A DNA stretch of 64,000 nucleotides from Malacoraja senta (lineage: Eukaryota). Made by a program: the position numbers and the translations under genes. The notes below the pieces were generated by a model. That model was not told the origin of the DNA. It ran no database searches and saw only the letters and a program-made list of their open reading frames with translations. The stretch lies in contig CM075995.1 in NCBI GenBank assembly GCA_038087875.1, positions 7,256,001 through 7,320,000 on the forward strand, read 5' to 3'. Shown here piece by piece: positions 52,234 to 64,000 of the stretch. Within the stretch, counting starts at the first letter, position 1; each line of letters begins with the position of its first letter.

Positions 52234-55200
52234 CCCTAGTGAGACCACATCTGGAGCCTTGTGTGCAGTTTTGGTCCCCTAATTAGTGTGCGGGGATCGC
52301 TGGTTGTCGCAGATTCAGTGGCCGAAGTGCCTGATTCCGCGTTGTATCTCAAAGCTAATTTTTTTTTACACAGGTAAATGGAGGAGGTAATTTGAGGTGG
52401 GTGCTATAGCAACATTTGGATAGGTACTTGAATAGGACAGGTTTAGAGGCCAAACGCAGGCGGGACTAGTGTAGATGGGACATGTTGGTTGGTGTGGGCA
52501 CGTTGGGCTGAAGGGCCTGTTTCCACGCTGTATCACTCTTATCTTACCTACTGCATTGCTGCCAATTCCTCATTGAATCAATAGTAATCCCCGCCCCCCC
52601 CCCCCTCCCACACGACACTCTGAACCACTACATAATCAGCTCTCTGATCAGTATGTCCCTGAGAAAATTTGCATGATTTAACACCACTTATGAAGGTTGA
52701 CATTTCTCACAAGGCACTACTTCCTCGGTAATGCAGTGAAGTGATATCCTGAGATGCCGCCTGTCCCGCTGAGTTACTCCAGCATTTTGTGTCCTTCTTC
52801 GGTGTAAACTGGCATCTGCGGTTCCTTCCGACACATTTTATTCTCACGTTTACCTATGAATCTAGGCACAGTGAAAATCTTTGTTTTTCATAACATTCCT
52901 TAAGTATAGTTTAGATATACAGTGTTACATATCAAATTCCTTTTCATGGTGCTGAAATGGTTTAATTTCTGACAACTATTCATAACTTGAATTTTCTTCA
53001 GTGGAAATGAACAGAATATAGTCATAGGTGGACAAAAATGCTGGAGGAACTCAGCGGGTGAGGCAGCATCTATGGAGAGAAGGAATAGGCCACGTTTCAA
53101 TAGACAATAGACAATAGGTGCAGGAGTAGGCCATTCGGCCCTTCGAGCCAGCACCGCCATTCAATGTGATCTTGGCTGATCATCCCCAATCAGTACCCCG
53201 TTCCTGCCTTCTCCCCATTTCCCCTCGCTATTTTTAAGAGCCCTATCTAGCTCTTGAAAGCATCCAGAGAACCTGCCTCCACCGCCCTCTGAGGCAGAGA
53301 ATTCCACAGACTCATCACTCTGTGAGAAAAAGTGTTTCCTCGTGTCCGCTCTAAATGGCTTACTCCTTATTCGAGACCCTTCTTCAGACTGACCTTCGAT
53401 TTTTCCAGCATCTGCAGTTCTTTCTTAAACAGTCGTAGAGTGATTCAGCGTGGAAACAGGCCCTTTAGCCCAACTTGCCCACACTGACCAACATGCCCCA
53501 TCTACACATGTCCCACCTCTCTGTGTTTGGCCCATAAACCTCTAAACCTGTCCTATTCAGGTAAGTGATTTTAAATGTTGCGATAGTCCCTGCCTCAACT
53601 ATCTCCTCCGGCAGCTTGGTCCATTCACACACCATGCTTTGTGTGAAAAGGTTACCCCTCAGATTCCTATTAAATCTCTCTCCCCCCCCCTCCCCTCCAC
53701 ATTAAACCTATATCCTCTGGTTCTCGATTCCCCAACTAACCAAAATTTGGTTAGGTAACTGCGAATGTCAAACTCCTGTGGGGAATACCAGACGACGTAA
53801 CTTTAAAAACTTTTATTACACCATTCGAAGATGATGTCAGGATGATCCTTTACAATTACTCACATAATGTCACTGGATCTCTCAGAGTTGACAGTACACA
53901 ATAGTTTATGCATTGTGAATTTTTTATAGGTTTGACCTAATAGAGTGCTTCTAAATGAGGTGAATCATAGAATTGCATTTTGTAAGCACTGGCTATTTGC
54001 CAAAATGCTGACTGTCGAACTTATTTTTCATGGGAATCTCATGACTTCACCATATGGTCATAAGATTCTTGTTTTTAGAGTCCTGGAGCATAACAGCGTG
54101 GATACAGGCCCTTCGGCCCAACTTGCCAACATGTCCCATCTACACTAGTCCCACCTGCCTGCGTTTGGCCCATATCCCTCTAATCCTGTCATATCCATTT
54201 ACGTCTTACTGTTTCTTTAGTTTAGTTTAGAGATACTGTGCGGAAACAGGAAACGGGATGATCACTGGTCGGCATGGACTCGGTGGGCCGAAGGGTGTTT
54301 GCGCGCTGTATCTCTAAGCTAAACGAAACTACTTGAGGAAGGATATACAATGATTGAATTGAATTCAGTTGTCTTTATTGTCACATGTGACAAGTCACAG
54401 TGAAATTCTTTGCTTGTATACCTTGCCAAGGTATGCGAATAGTCGCCACATAAAGGGCGCTCACAAAGTTACAAATTCCCCCACCAGCGCCAGTTCTACT
54501 TTGTTCTACTTTGTTCTACTACCCGCCCATCCCCCAATGCCAGGTCCCCCCACGCCGGGAAGTTGCATTCCCTCCCCCGCCCCCACGCCGGGTCCTCTGT
54601 TGTCCATTGTTCTTCATGGGGGTGCCCACACGCCGGGACCCCATTGCTCTTCCCCCTCCTTCAGGGCTGTCCCCCTCATGATGGTCAGCGTGCACTGAAG
54701 ATTCATCGGATTGATCCCTGGGGTGGTGGAGAGATTATACAGACTGGAGCTTGTAGCAAATACCATCGAATCCAGGCAGTATTCTGGTAAACCTCTTCTG
54801 CACCCTCTCCTAAACCTCCACATCATTTCCTGTCGCGGGGAGATCAGAACTGCACGCAACACTCCAAATGTGGCCTAACCAAAGCCCGCTAAAGCTGCAA
54901 CATGACTTCCTGACACTTACACACAATGGCCCTGACCGATGAAGGCAAGCATGCCATACGCCTCCTTTACCAGTCTATCTACTTATGTTGCCACTTTCAG
55001 AGAGCAGTGGACGCGGGCATCAAAAGGAGAGACAACAATTGGGCTGCAAGATGAAGGCAGGAGGGTATGGAATTGAGGGGGGGGGGTGTAACTGGGAGGC
55101 CAGGTATCACCGTTGAGCCCTCTGGAGATGTTGTGGGCGTATCAATGAAACGTCAAAGAAGGAGGGTGCCCACCTGATGACCCCGATGACGTACCTACCC

Positions 55201-57189
55201 TGTCTTTCACCACTCCAATCCCACTGCAAATAGCAAGAGTGCCGACTTACTGCAGGGATTGAAACATCAAGTCCTATTAGCTCTACTTCCACATTCTTCA
55301 GTTTGCAAGATTGAAGCGGGTTTTTTTTGTGGAAATGTTTACAAATCATAAGGGGGCTTTACAGCACCGATGGTGAACTAAAAATTCAAAACAAACTGCA
55401 GAGGCTGGAAACTGAAACAAAAGCAGAAAATGCTGAAAACAGACGGCAGGAATGCAGAAATGCTGAAAACAATCTGCAACAAAAAAAAGATTTAAAGTTG
55501 TGGGTGCAGATCCAAGCGAGATGTTGCACTTTAGGAGGTCAAATGTAAGGGGTACGAGAACAGTCAATGCAAGACCCTTAATGTACAGCATTGAAGCACA
55601 GAGGGATCTTTGGGTCCCAGTCTACTGCTCTCTGAAAGTGCAACACAAGTAGATAGACTGGTAAAGGAGGCGTATGGCATGCTTGCCTTCATCGGTCAGG
55701 GCCATTGTGTGTAAGTGTCAGGAAGTCATGTTGCAGCTTGAGCGGGCTTTGGTTAGGCCACATTTGGAGTGTTGCGTGCAGTTCTGATCTCCCCGCGACA
55801 GGAAATGATGTGGAGGTTTAGGAGAGGGTGCAGAAGAGGTTTACCAGAATACAGCGTGGATTCGATGGTATTTGCTACAAGGAGCGGTTGCAATGTTTTC
55901 TCTGGGCCTTTGGAGGGCGTGAGGAAACCTGACAGACCTGTATAAAATTATGAGGCACAGATGGAGTAGACTGTCAGAACCTTTTTCCCAGAGTGGAAAT
56001 GTCAAGGATTAGAGGGCATGGATTTAGTTTTCATGACCCACGATCCCCGTACACTAGTTCCATTCGACGCACCGAGGGCAATTTACAAAAGCCAATCAAC
56101 CTACAAACCTGGTAGACAAAAATGCTGGAGAAACTCAGCGGGTGAGGCAGCATGACAATATAGACAATAGGTGCAGGAGTAGGCCATTCGGCCCTTCGAG
56201 CCAGCACCGCCATTCAATGTGATCATGGCTGATCATCCCCAATCAGTACCCCGTTCCTGCCTTCTCCCCATATCTCCTGACTCCGCTATTTTTAAGAGCC
56301 CTATCTAGCTCTCTCTTGAAAGTATCCAGAGAACCTGCCTCCTCTGCCCTCTGAGGCAGAGAATTGCACAGACTCACCACTCTCTGTGAGAAAAAGTATC
56401 TATGGAGCGAAGGAAATCTATGGAGAGATCTATGGAGCGAAGGAAATAGGCAACGTTTCGACCCGAAACTTTGCCTATTTCCTTCGCTCCATAGTTGCTG
56501 CCTCACCCGCTGAGTTTCTCCAGCATTTTTGTCTACCTTCAATTTTCCAGCATCTGCGGTTCCTTCTTAAACAACCTACAAACCTGCACGTCTTGGCGTG
56601 TGGGGAGGAAACTGGAGCACCCGGAGAAAACCCACGCTGGTCACGGGGTCAATAGCTTACAGTGCAAAAGTATAAGGTATAGATTGATTGATTGGAGTAA
56701 CAAATAAGTAGGTTCTCCACCCGAAAGGTCGCCTATTTCCTTTCTCCAGAGATGCTGTCTGACCACCCCGAGTTTCTCCAGCTTTTTGTCTATCTTCGGT
56801 TTAAACCAGCATCTGCAGTGGCTTCCGACACAAATAATAATATTGGTCTTTACCAATGCCATGTACAATTCTAGGGGTACGGTACTCCTGCGATAAATGC
56901 CAATTGCCTGCCAACTTTTTACTTAGTACATCCGGTACCTTGCTGATCAGTAATTTTTGTCCATTTCGATAAGTCATTGCCATTGACTTACTTCGTGGAC
57001 AAAGCATTCGAGTGGAACAAATTTATCTGCGGTCATAGTCTTACAGCGTGGAAACAGGCCCTTCGGCCCAACTTGCCCAAACCAGCCAACCTGTCCTATC
57101 TACACTGACCCATATCCCCCATAACTTGTCCTATCCATGTACGTTTCTCAAACGTTGCGATAGCCCCTGCCTCAACTACCTCCTCCGGC

Positions 57190-57392
57190 AGGTAGACAAA
57201 AGTGCTGGAGAAACTCAGCGGGTGCAGCAGCATCTATGGAGCGAAGGAAATAGGCAACGTTTCGGTCTGAAGAAGGGTTTCGGCCCGAAACGTTGCCTAT
57301 TACCTTCGCTCCATAGATGCTGCTGCACCCGCTGAGTTTCTCCAGCACTTTTGTCTACCTCCGATTTTCCAGCATCTGCAGTTCCTTCTTAA
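57190..57392. repeat. Palindromic PLE pseudo-LTR element with hammerhead-like core in the loop
   Basis: Arms AGGTAGACAAAAGTGCTGG...AACGTTTCGG / CCGAAACGTT...CCAGCACTTTTGTCTACCT; loop holds CTGAAGAAGGGTTTCGGCCCGAAACGTT; flanked by duplicated TACCTCCTCCGGCA. Confidence 0.8.
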
Positions 57393-60300
57393 ATACCTCC
57401 TCCGGCACCTCGTTCCATACACCCACCACCCTTTGTGTGAAAACAATTACCCCTCATGTTCCTATGAAATCTTTCTCCCCTCACCTTAAACCCATGTCCT
57501 GTGGTTCTCGATTCCCCTACTCTGGGCAAGAGACTCTGTGCGTCTACCCGATCTATTCCCCTCATGGTTTCGAAGGTGTTGGCACAAATTATCTCTTACA
57601 GTGAACTTGATTGTCTTTCAATTTTTTGGAATGGGAGAAGTTATTGTTGGAAGGGGAAGAAATAATGTTTACTTCCTATATTACCCCTGTGGAAAATAAT
57701 ACTTGTGACCTTCAAAACTGGACTGCCTTTTGAATTAATTATCCTCGTTACCGAATGCACATTGTGTCCTTTTCTACTTTAGGTTTGCAGATTGTTTACT
57801 TTAGTTTAGCGAAACTGGCCCTTCAGTCCACGGCGATCCCAGCGATCCCTGCACACTAACATTATCCTACACACACTGGGGACAATTTTTACATTTACAT
57901 AGAAACATAGAAAATAGGTGCAGGAGGAGGCCATTCGGCCCTTCATTGTGATCATGGCTGATCGTCCCCTATCAATAACCCGTGCCTGCCTTCTCACCAT
58001 ATCCCTTGACTCCACTAGCCCCCTAGAGCTCTATCTAACTCTCTCTTAAATCCATCCAGTGACTTGGCCTCCACTGTCCTCTGTGGCAGGGAATTCCACA
58101 AATTCACAACTCTCTGGGTGAAAAAAATTTTCTCACCTCAGTCTTAAATGACCTCCCCTTTATTCTAAGACTGTGGCCCCAGGTTCTGGACTCGCCCAAC
58201 ATTGGGAACATTTTTCCCGCATCTAGCTTGTCCAGTCATTTTATAATTGTATATGTCTCTATAAGATCCCCCCTCATCCTTATAAACTCCAGTGAATACA
58301 AGCCTAGTCTTTTCAATCTTTCCTCATATGACAGTCATATATTTACTCATTTACCATGGGAGGAAACCGAAGATCTCGGAGAAAACCCATGCAGGTCACG
58401 GGGAGAACGTACAAACTCCGTACAGACAGCACCCGCAGTCGGGATCGAACCCGGGTCTCCGGCGCTGTATTCGCTGTAAGGCAGCAAGCCTACCGCAGCG
58501 CCACCGTAGTGTAGTTTAGAGAAACAGCTCGAAAACAGCCCCTTTGGCCCACCGAGTCCGCACCAACCAGCGACCCCTGCACACTAACACTATCCTACAC
58601 ACACACTGGGGATAATTTACAATAGTGCCAAGCCAATTGACCTACAAACCTGTACGTCTTTGGAGTGTGGGAGGAAACCAAAGATATCGGGGCAAAGCAA
58701 TGCAGTCACGGGGAGAACGTACAAACTCTGTACAGACACCACCCATAGTCGGGACCAAACCCAGGTCTCTGGTGCTGTAAGCGCTTGTAAGACAGCAACT
58801 CTACCGATGCGCCACTGTGCCGCCCACTTGTTCTGAAGAGCAAACACTTTTGTAGTGACTGGTTGGCTCCTTTGAATTTGACTTCAGTGTAAAAATGTTA
58901 TCGTATTAAGATGCACCGGTGGCTGGGTAATACCTTCTAATATAATTGTCATGAACTTTAGATCGGTGTGATAGTGGAAGTTGAGATGCCTACGATGTTT
59001 TCTGAGCACTTAGATATTGATCTTTTCACTATCTGCCATGCATGAATGTGTGAAGGTCAAACCAAATTGCAAGTTGCTGCAAGTTTCTCGTCTCTTTCCG
59101 ATCCGCATCTTTCTTTGATTGTAGAATATGACATTTGATTAGATTCTGGCTGCTATATCAGGTTCATAAGTGATAGGAGCAGAATTAGGCCATTCGGCCC
59201 ATCAAGGCTACTCCTCCACTCTACGGGTGTCAGGGGTTATGGGGAGAAGGCAGGAGAATGGGGTTCTGAAGGAGAGAACGATCAGCCATGATTTCGAAAC
59301 CAAATTTCGTTTGAACTTCATTTGAGGTTCAAATGACAATAAACGGTATTGTATTGAATGGCGGAGTAGACTTGATGGGCCGAATGGCCTAAATCTGCTC
59401 CTATCACCCATGAACATGAACTGATCTATCTTTTGATCATAACCCCATTCTCCTGCCTTCTCCCCATAACCTCTGACACCTGTACTAATCAATTGTCTGT
59501 CTGTCTCTGTGTCTCTGTCTGTCTCTGTCTGTCTCTGTCTGTCTGTCTCTGCCTTAAAAATATCCATTGACGGCCTCCACAGCCTTCTGTTGCAACGAAT
59601 TCCACAGATTGACCACCCTCTGACTAAAGAAATACCTCCTCATCTCCTGCCTGAAGGAACGTCCTTTAATTCTGAGGCTATGACCTCTGGTCCACTCTAT
59701 CCAGGCCCTTCACTATTTGGTAAGTTTCAATGAGGTCCCCCCTCAACCGTCTAAATTCCAGCGTGTACAGGCCCAGTGCCATCAAATGCTCATTATATGT
59801 TAACCCGCTGGGCTCATCTCGTAAATGTAATCATCACATTGAATGGCGGTGTTGGCTCGAAGGGCCGAATGGCCTCCTCCTGCACCTATTGTCTATTGTA
59901 AACCTCCTCTAGATCCTCTCCGGCGATTTCTTCAGATATGGGGCCCAGAATTTCTCCCAATACTCCAAATGCAATCTGACCAGCGCCTTATAGCTGGAAT
60001 GGGTGCAGATAAGAGTTACGAGGATGACACCAGGACTCGAGCGCCTGAGCTATTAGCGAGCGGTTGAGCAGGCTGGGACTCTATTCCTTGGCGTGCAGGA
60101 GGATGAGGGTGATCTTGTAAGAGGTGTACAAAATCATGAGAGGAATAGATCAGGTAGACATGCAGGGTCTCTTGCCCAGAGTAGGGGAATCAAGAACCAG
60201 AGGACATAGGTTTAAGGTGAGGGGGAAACAGATTGAATAGGAATCTGAGGAGTAACCTTTTTCACACAAATGGTGATGGGTGCATGGAACGAGCTGTCGG

Positions 60301-60621
60301 TGGTGGTAGTTGAGGCAGGGACTATCGCAACGATTAAGAAACAGACAGGTTCGTGGATAGGACAGGTTGGAGGGATATGGGTCAAATGCAGACAGGTGTA
60401 GATGGGACATGTTGGTCAGTGTGGGCAAGTTGGGCCGAAGGGCCTGCTTCCTGGCTGTATGACTATGAAATGCTGAACATTATTGAAGGGCCTGTTTCCA
60501 CACTGCATGACACTATGACTCTATTTACTGTCCACTACAAAAAGATCAAGTATCAATAATTCAGAATATTGAGGTTCGAAATAAGATGATGAGGAAAATG
60601 TAATGGAAAAATTAAAGATTG

Positions 60622-60932
60622 GGGCGGCCACGGTGGCGCAGCGGTAGAGTTGCTGCCTTACAGCGCCGGAGACCCGTGGTTCGATCCCGACTACGGGTGC
60701 TGTCTGTACGGAGTTTGTACCTTCTCCCCGTGACCTGCTTGGGTTTTCTCCGAGATCTTCGGTTTCCTCCCACCCTCCAAACACATACAGGTTTGTAGGT
60801 TAATTGGCTTGGTAAATAAAACAATTATCCTTAGTGCGTGTAGGATAGCATTAATGTGCGGGGATCGCTGGTCGGCGCAGACCCGGTGGGCCGAAGGGCC
60901 TGATTCCACGCTGTATCTCTGAACTAAACTAA
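60622..60932 (+). mobile_element. HE1-type V-SINE, full length
   Basis: GGTGGCGCAGCGGTAG box A, GGTTCGATCCC box B, V-like core, CR1 tail, (CTAAA)n. Confidence 0.85.
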
Positions 60933-61719
60933 AAATCAATCGGATATAAAAAAAGAGAGCAAATGCCTACTTACAGTATCTTTTAAATCATTATATGTTA
61001 ACTCACACATATTAATGTTGCGCAGAGCAGTGTGCATTTATACTCATTTTGGAGGAGGAAGCATTGTTTCAGTAGTGTGAAGTAACAATACAGAGATTAA
61101 AAAAGAGAAGTAAAAGTATATGGGGCGAGAGGTGTGGATGCTTATTTAAATCGATCATGGTTTTGTTGCACCATGCATTTGCTGTTACTGGATAGTGCAT
61201 AGTGCCGTCAGATACGGGTAGATAAGGGCAGTGGGTAGAGTTGCTGCCTTACAACTCCAGAGACCCGGGTTTGATCCTGACGATGGGTGCTGTCTGTACA
61301 GGGTTTGTACGTTCTCCCCTTCCAACTTCTGCCATCAGGCCGCCGATATAAAGTCCCCCTATCTAAGAAAAACATCCACAAAAACTCATTCATACCCATT
61401 GCCATAAACAGCTTAAATAAAAAATGAACAATGGACAAATTAACCCTGACGCACTGTCACTTTACACGTATCCACAACTTTCATCTTGTCTATTTGTACA
61501 GTTTTTAATCCTTATACTTGCTTTTAAGATCTATACACACGGTGTGTGCTCGCAGAAATCTGTGTTGTATGACTGCTTATCAGTACATTGTCCTGTTTGT
61601 ATGTTGAGCCACGCCAAAGAAGATTTTCTGTTACGACAGACAATAAAGTTTTCTGAATCTGAATCTGAACTGTGTGGGTTTTCTCCGGGTGCTCCGGTTT
61701 CCTCAACAAAAAGTACACA

Positions 61720-61884
61720 TCTTTCTCTTTCCTTTCTTCTCTCTTTTTTCTTATTTCAATTTAATATTCTGTTTGTAAAATGTTAAAATTGAAGCTGTGC
61801 TAGAGTTGTGGAACTGTTAAGTCATTCTTTTTTGTACAATTGCTTCCGATAAAAAAAATTTAAAAAATGAAAATAAAAATAAAT
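61720..61884 (+). mobile_element. Short L1/Tx1-like 3' end
   Basis: TSD AAAAGTACACA (61709-61719, 61885-61895), AAAATTGAAGCTGT motif, A-rich tail. Confidence 0.6.
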
Positions 61885-62102
61885 AAAAGTACACACGTGA
61901 CAACAAACTCAACTCAAACTCAACTCAACTCCCACACTCCAAAGACGTGCAGATTTGTAGGTTAATTGGCTTCGGTAAAATTGTCCCTGGTGTGTAGGAT
62001 AGTCCTAGTATATGGGGATCGATCACTGGTCGGCGCGGACTCTGTTGGCCAAAAGGCCTGTTTCCAAGCTGTGTCTCTTAAAAACTAAAAAAAACTTTTG
62101 TA

Positions 62103-63690
62103 CAGTGCCCTCCATAATGTTTGGGACAAAGACCCATCATTTATTTATTTGCCTCTGTACTCCACAATTTGAGATTTGTAATAGAAAAAAATCGCATGTG
62201 GTTAAAGTGCACATTGTCAGATTTTAATAAAGGCCATTGTTATACATTTTGGTTTCACCATGTAGAAATTACAGCTGTGTTTATACATAGTCCCCCCCTA
62301 TTTCAGGGCACCATAATGTTTGGGACACAGCAGTGTCATGTAAATGAAAGTAGTCATGTTTAGTATTTTGTTGCATATCCTTTGCATGCAATGACTACTT
62401 GAAGTCTGCGATTCATGGACATCACCAGTTGCTGGGTGTCTTCTCTGGTGATGCTCTGCCAGGCCTGTATTGCAGCCATCTTTAGCTTATGCTTGTTTTG
62501 GGGGCTAGTCCCCTTCAGTTTTCTCTTCAGCATATAAAAGGCATGCTCAATTGGGTTCAGATCGGGTGATTGACTTGGCCACAAGAATTGACCATTTTTT
62601 GGCTTTGAAAAACTCCTTTGTTGCTTTAGCAGTATGTTTGGGATCATTGTCTTGCTGTAGAATGAACTGGAGCAGATAGGATGTGTCTATCCACTTCAGA
62701 ATTCATTAAGCTACTATCATCAGCAGTTGTATCATCAATGAAGATAAGTGAGCCAGTACCTTCAGCAGCCATACATGCCCAGGCCATAACACCCCCACCA
62801 CCGTGTTTCACAGATGTGGTGGTATGCTTTGGATCTGGGCAGTTTCCTTCTCTTCTCCATACTTTGTTCTTGCCATCACTCTGATATGTTAATCTTCGTC
62901 TCATCTGTCCACAAGACCATTTTCAAGAATGTGGATGCTCTTTTAAGTACTTCTTAGCAAACTGTAACCTGGCCATCCTATTTTTGCAGCTAACCAGTGG
63001 TTTGCATCTTGCAGTGTAGCCTCTGTATTTCTGTTCATGAAGTCTTCTGCGGACAGTGGTCATTGACAAATACACACCTGACTCATGAAGAGTGTTTCTG
63101 ATCTGTCGGACAGGTGTTTGGGGATTTTTCTTTATTATAGAGATAATTCTTCTGTCATCAGCTGCGGAGGTCTTCCTTGGCCTGCCAGTCCCTTTGCGAT
63201 TAGTAAGCTCACCAGTGCTCTCTTTCTTCTTAATGATGTTCCAAACAGTTGATTTTGGTAAGCATAAGGTTTGGCTGATGTCTCTAACAGTTTTATTCTT
63301 GTTTCTCAGTCTCATAATAGCTTATTTGACTTTCATTGGCACAACTTTGGTCCTCGTGTTGATAAACAGCAATAAAAGTTTCCAAAGGTGATGGAAAGAC
63401 TGGAGGAAAGACTAGGTGCTGAGAGCTCTCTTATACCTGCATTAAGGAGGCAATTAAACACACCTGAGCAATTACAAACACCTGTGAAGCCATGTGTCCA
63501 AACATTATGGTGCCCTGAAATGGGGGGACTATATATAAACACAGCTGTAATTTCTACATGATGAAACCAAAATGTATAAAAATGGCCTTTAATAATATTT
63601 GACAATGTGCACTTTAACCACATGTGATTTTTTTATATTTAAAAATAAATAAATGACGTGTCTTTGTTCCAAACATTATGGAGGGCACTG
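62103..63690 (-). mobile_element. Tc1-like DNA transposon (IR/DR type), near full length, inactive
   Basis: TA TSD, ~220-bp TIRs starting CAGTGCCCTCCATAATGTTTGG with the internal direct repeat CCATAATGTTTGG. Confidence 0.95.
62360..63357 (-). pseudogene. Tc1 transposase pseudogene
   Basis: HTH region, GRPRK motif, VKHGGGGVMAW, WPSQSPDLNPIEH; start codon appears mutated to ACG, early TAA, frameshifts and a deletion near 62665. Confidence 0.9.
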
Positions 63691-63863
63691 TATATAACGG
63701 TAGATTTATTCAGGTCTGAGAGAGCACAGCATGGAAAGAGGTTGTGTCGTAGCATTTTGGTTTAACAACTACAATCTGTTCACCTACTTGGTGTAAAAAA
63801 ATCCATTTGACTATTTTGAAGAAGTTTAAAGAATTAACTCTGGTGCCTTGGTGAGTGTTTTGC

Positions 63864-64000
63864 CCCGGTCCCACTTTAGGAAACCTGAATGGAAACCTCT
63901 GGTGACCTTGCGCCCCACCCAAGGTTTCCATGAGTCGCCAGAGGTTTTGGTCACTCGCCTGGAAAGCCTCGACCGAAGCGTTAGCTGCATCTACTGACCA
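63864..64000. mobile_element. Partial MITE of the 17041-17433 family (runs off the window)
   Basis: GTCCCACTTTAGGAAACCTG...AACCTCTGGTGACCTTGC...CACCCAAGGTTTCCATG matches the arm of the 17-kb element. Confidence 0.65.

Noticed and set aside
53862..53936. Possible minus-strand exon ending in GTGAGT
   Set aside because: Poor acceptor tract and no recognisable peptide

Overview
Eukaryotic, repeat-saturated genomic DNA, almost certainly from an elasmobranch (shark/skate/ray): it is packed with tRNA-headed V-SINEs of the HE1 type and 3' fragments of their partner CR1-clade LINEs. There are also L2, Rex1/Babar, RTE, L1/Tx1-like and Penelope-like fragments, Harbinger-like and hAT non-autonomous DNA elements, and a decayed Tc1 transposon at 62.1-63.7 kb. 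I can identify no intact host protein-coding gene; nearly all ORF-track entries are TE remnants or low-complexity artefacts. Host-gene evidence is limited to a CpG-rich promoter-like island at ~37.75-38.27 kb and two exon-like segments with good splice signals. The most interesting structures are: (1) a 2.06-kb non-autonomous Helitron with textbook ends carrying what looks like a captured promoter, ATG, repeat-expanded exon and splice donor; (2) many Penelope-derived palindromic elements with a minimal hammerhead-ribozyme core; (3) an 11-copy ~180-bp tandem array beside the CpG island whose unit has an inverted single-copy match 20 kb away; (4) several local templated inverted duplications; (5) two L1/Tx1-like insertions at the same site in one MITE family; (6) CR1 5' truncations clustered at one motif. 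Family names come from recognised sequence features, not database searches. Only representative copies of the abundant SINEs and LINEs are listed.
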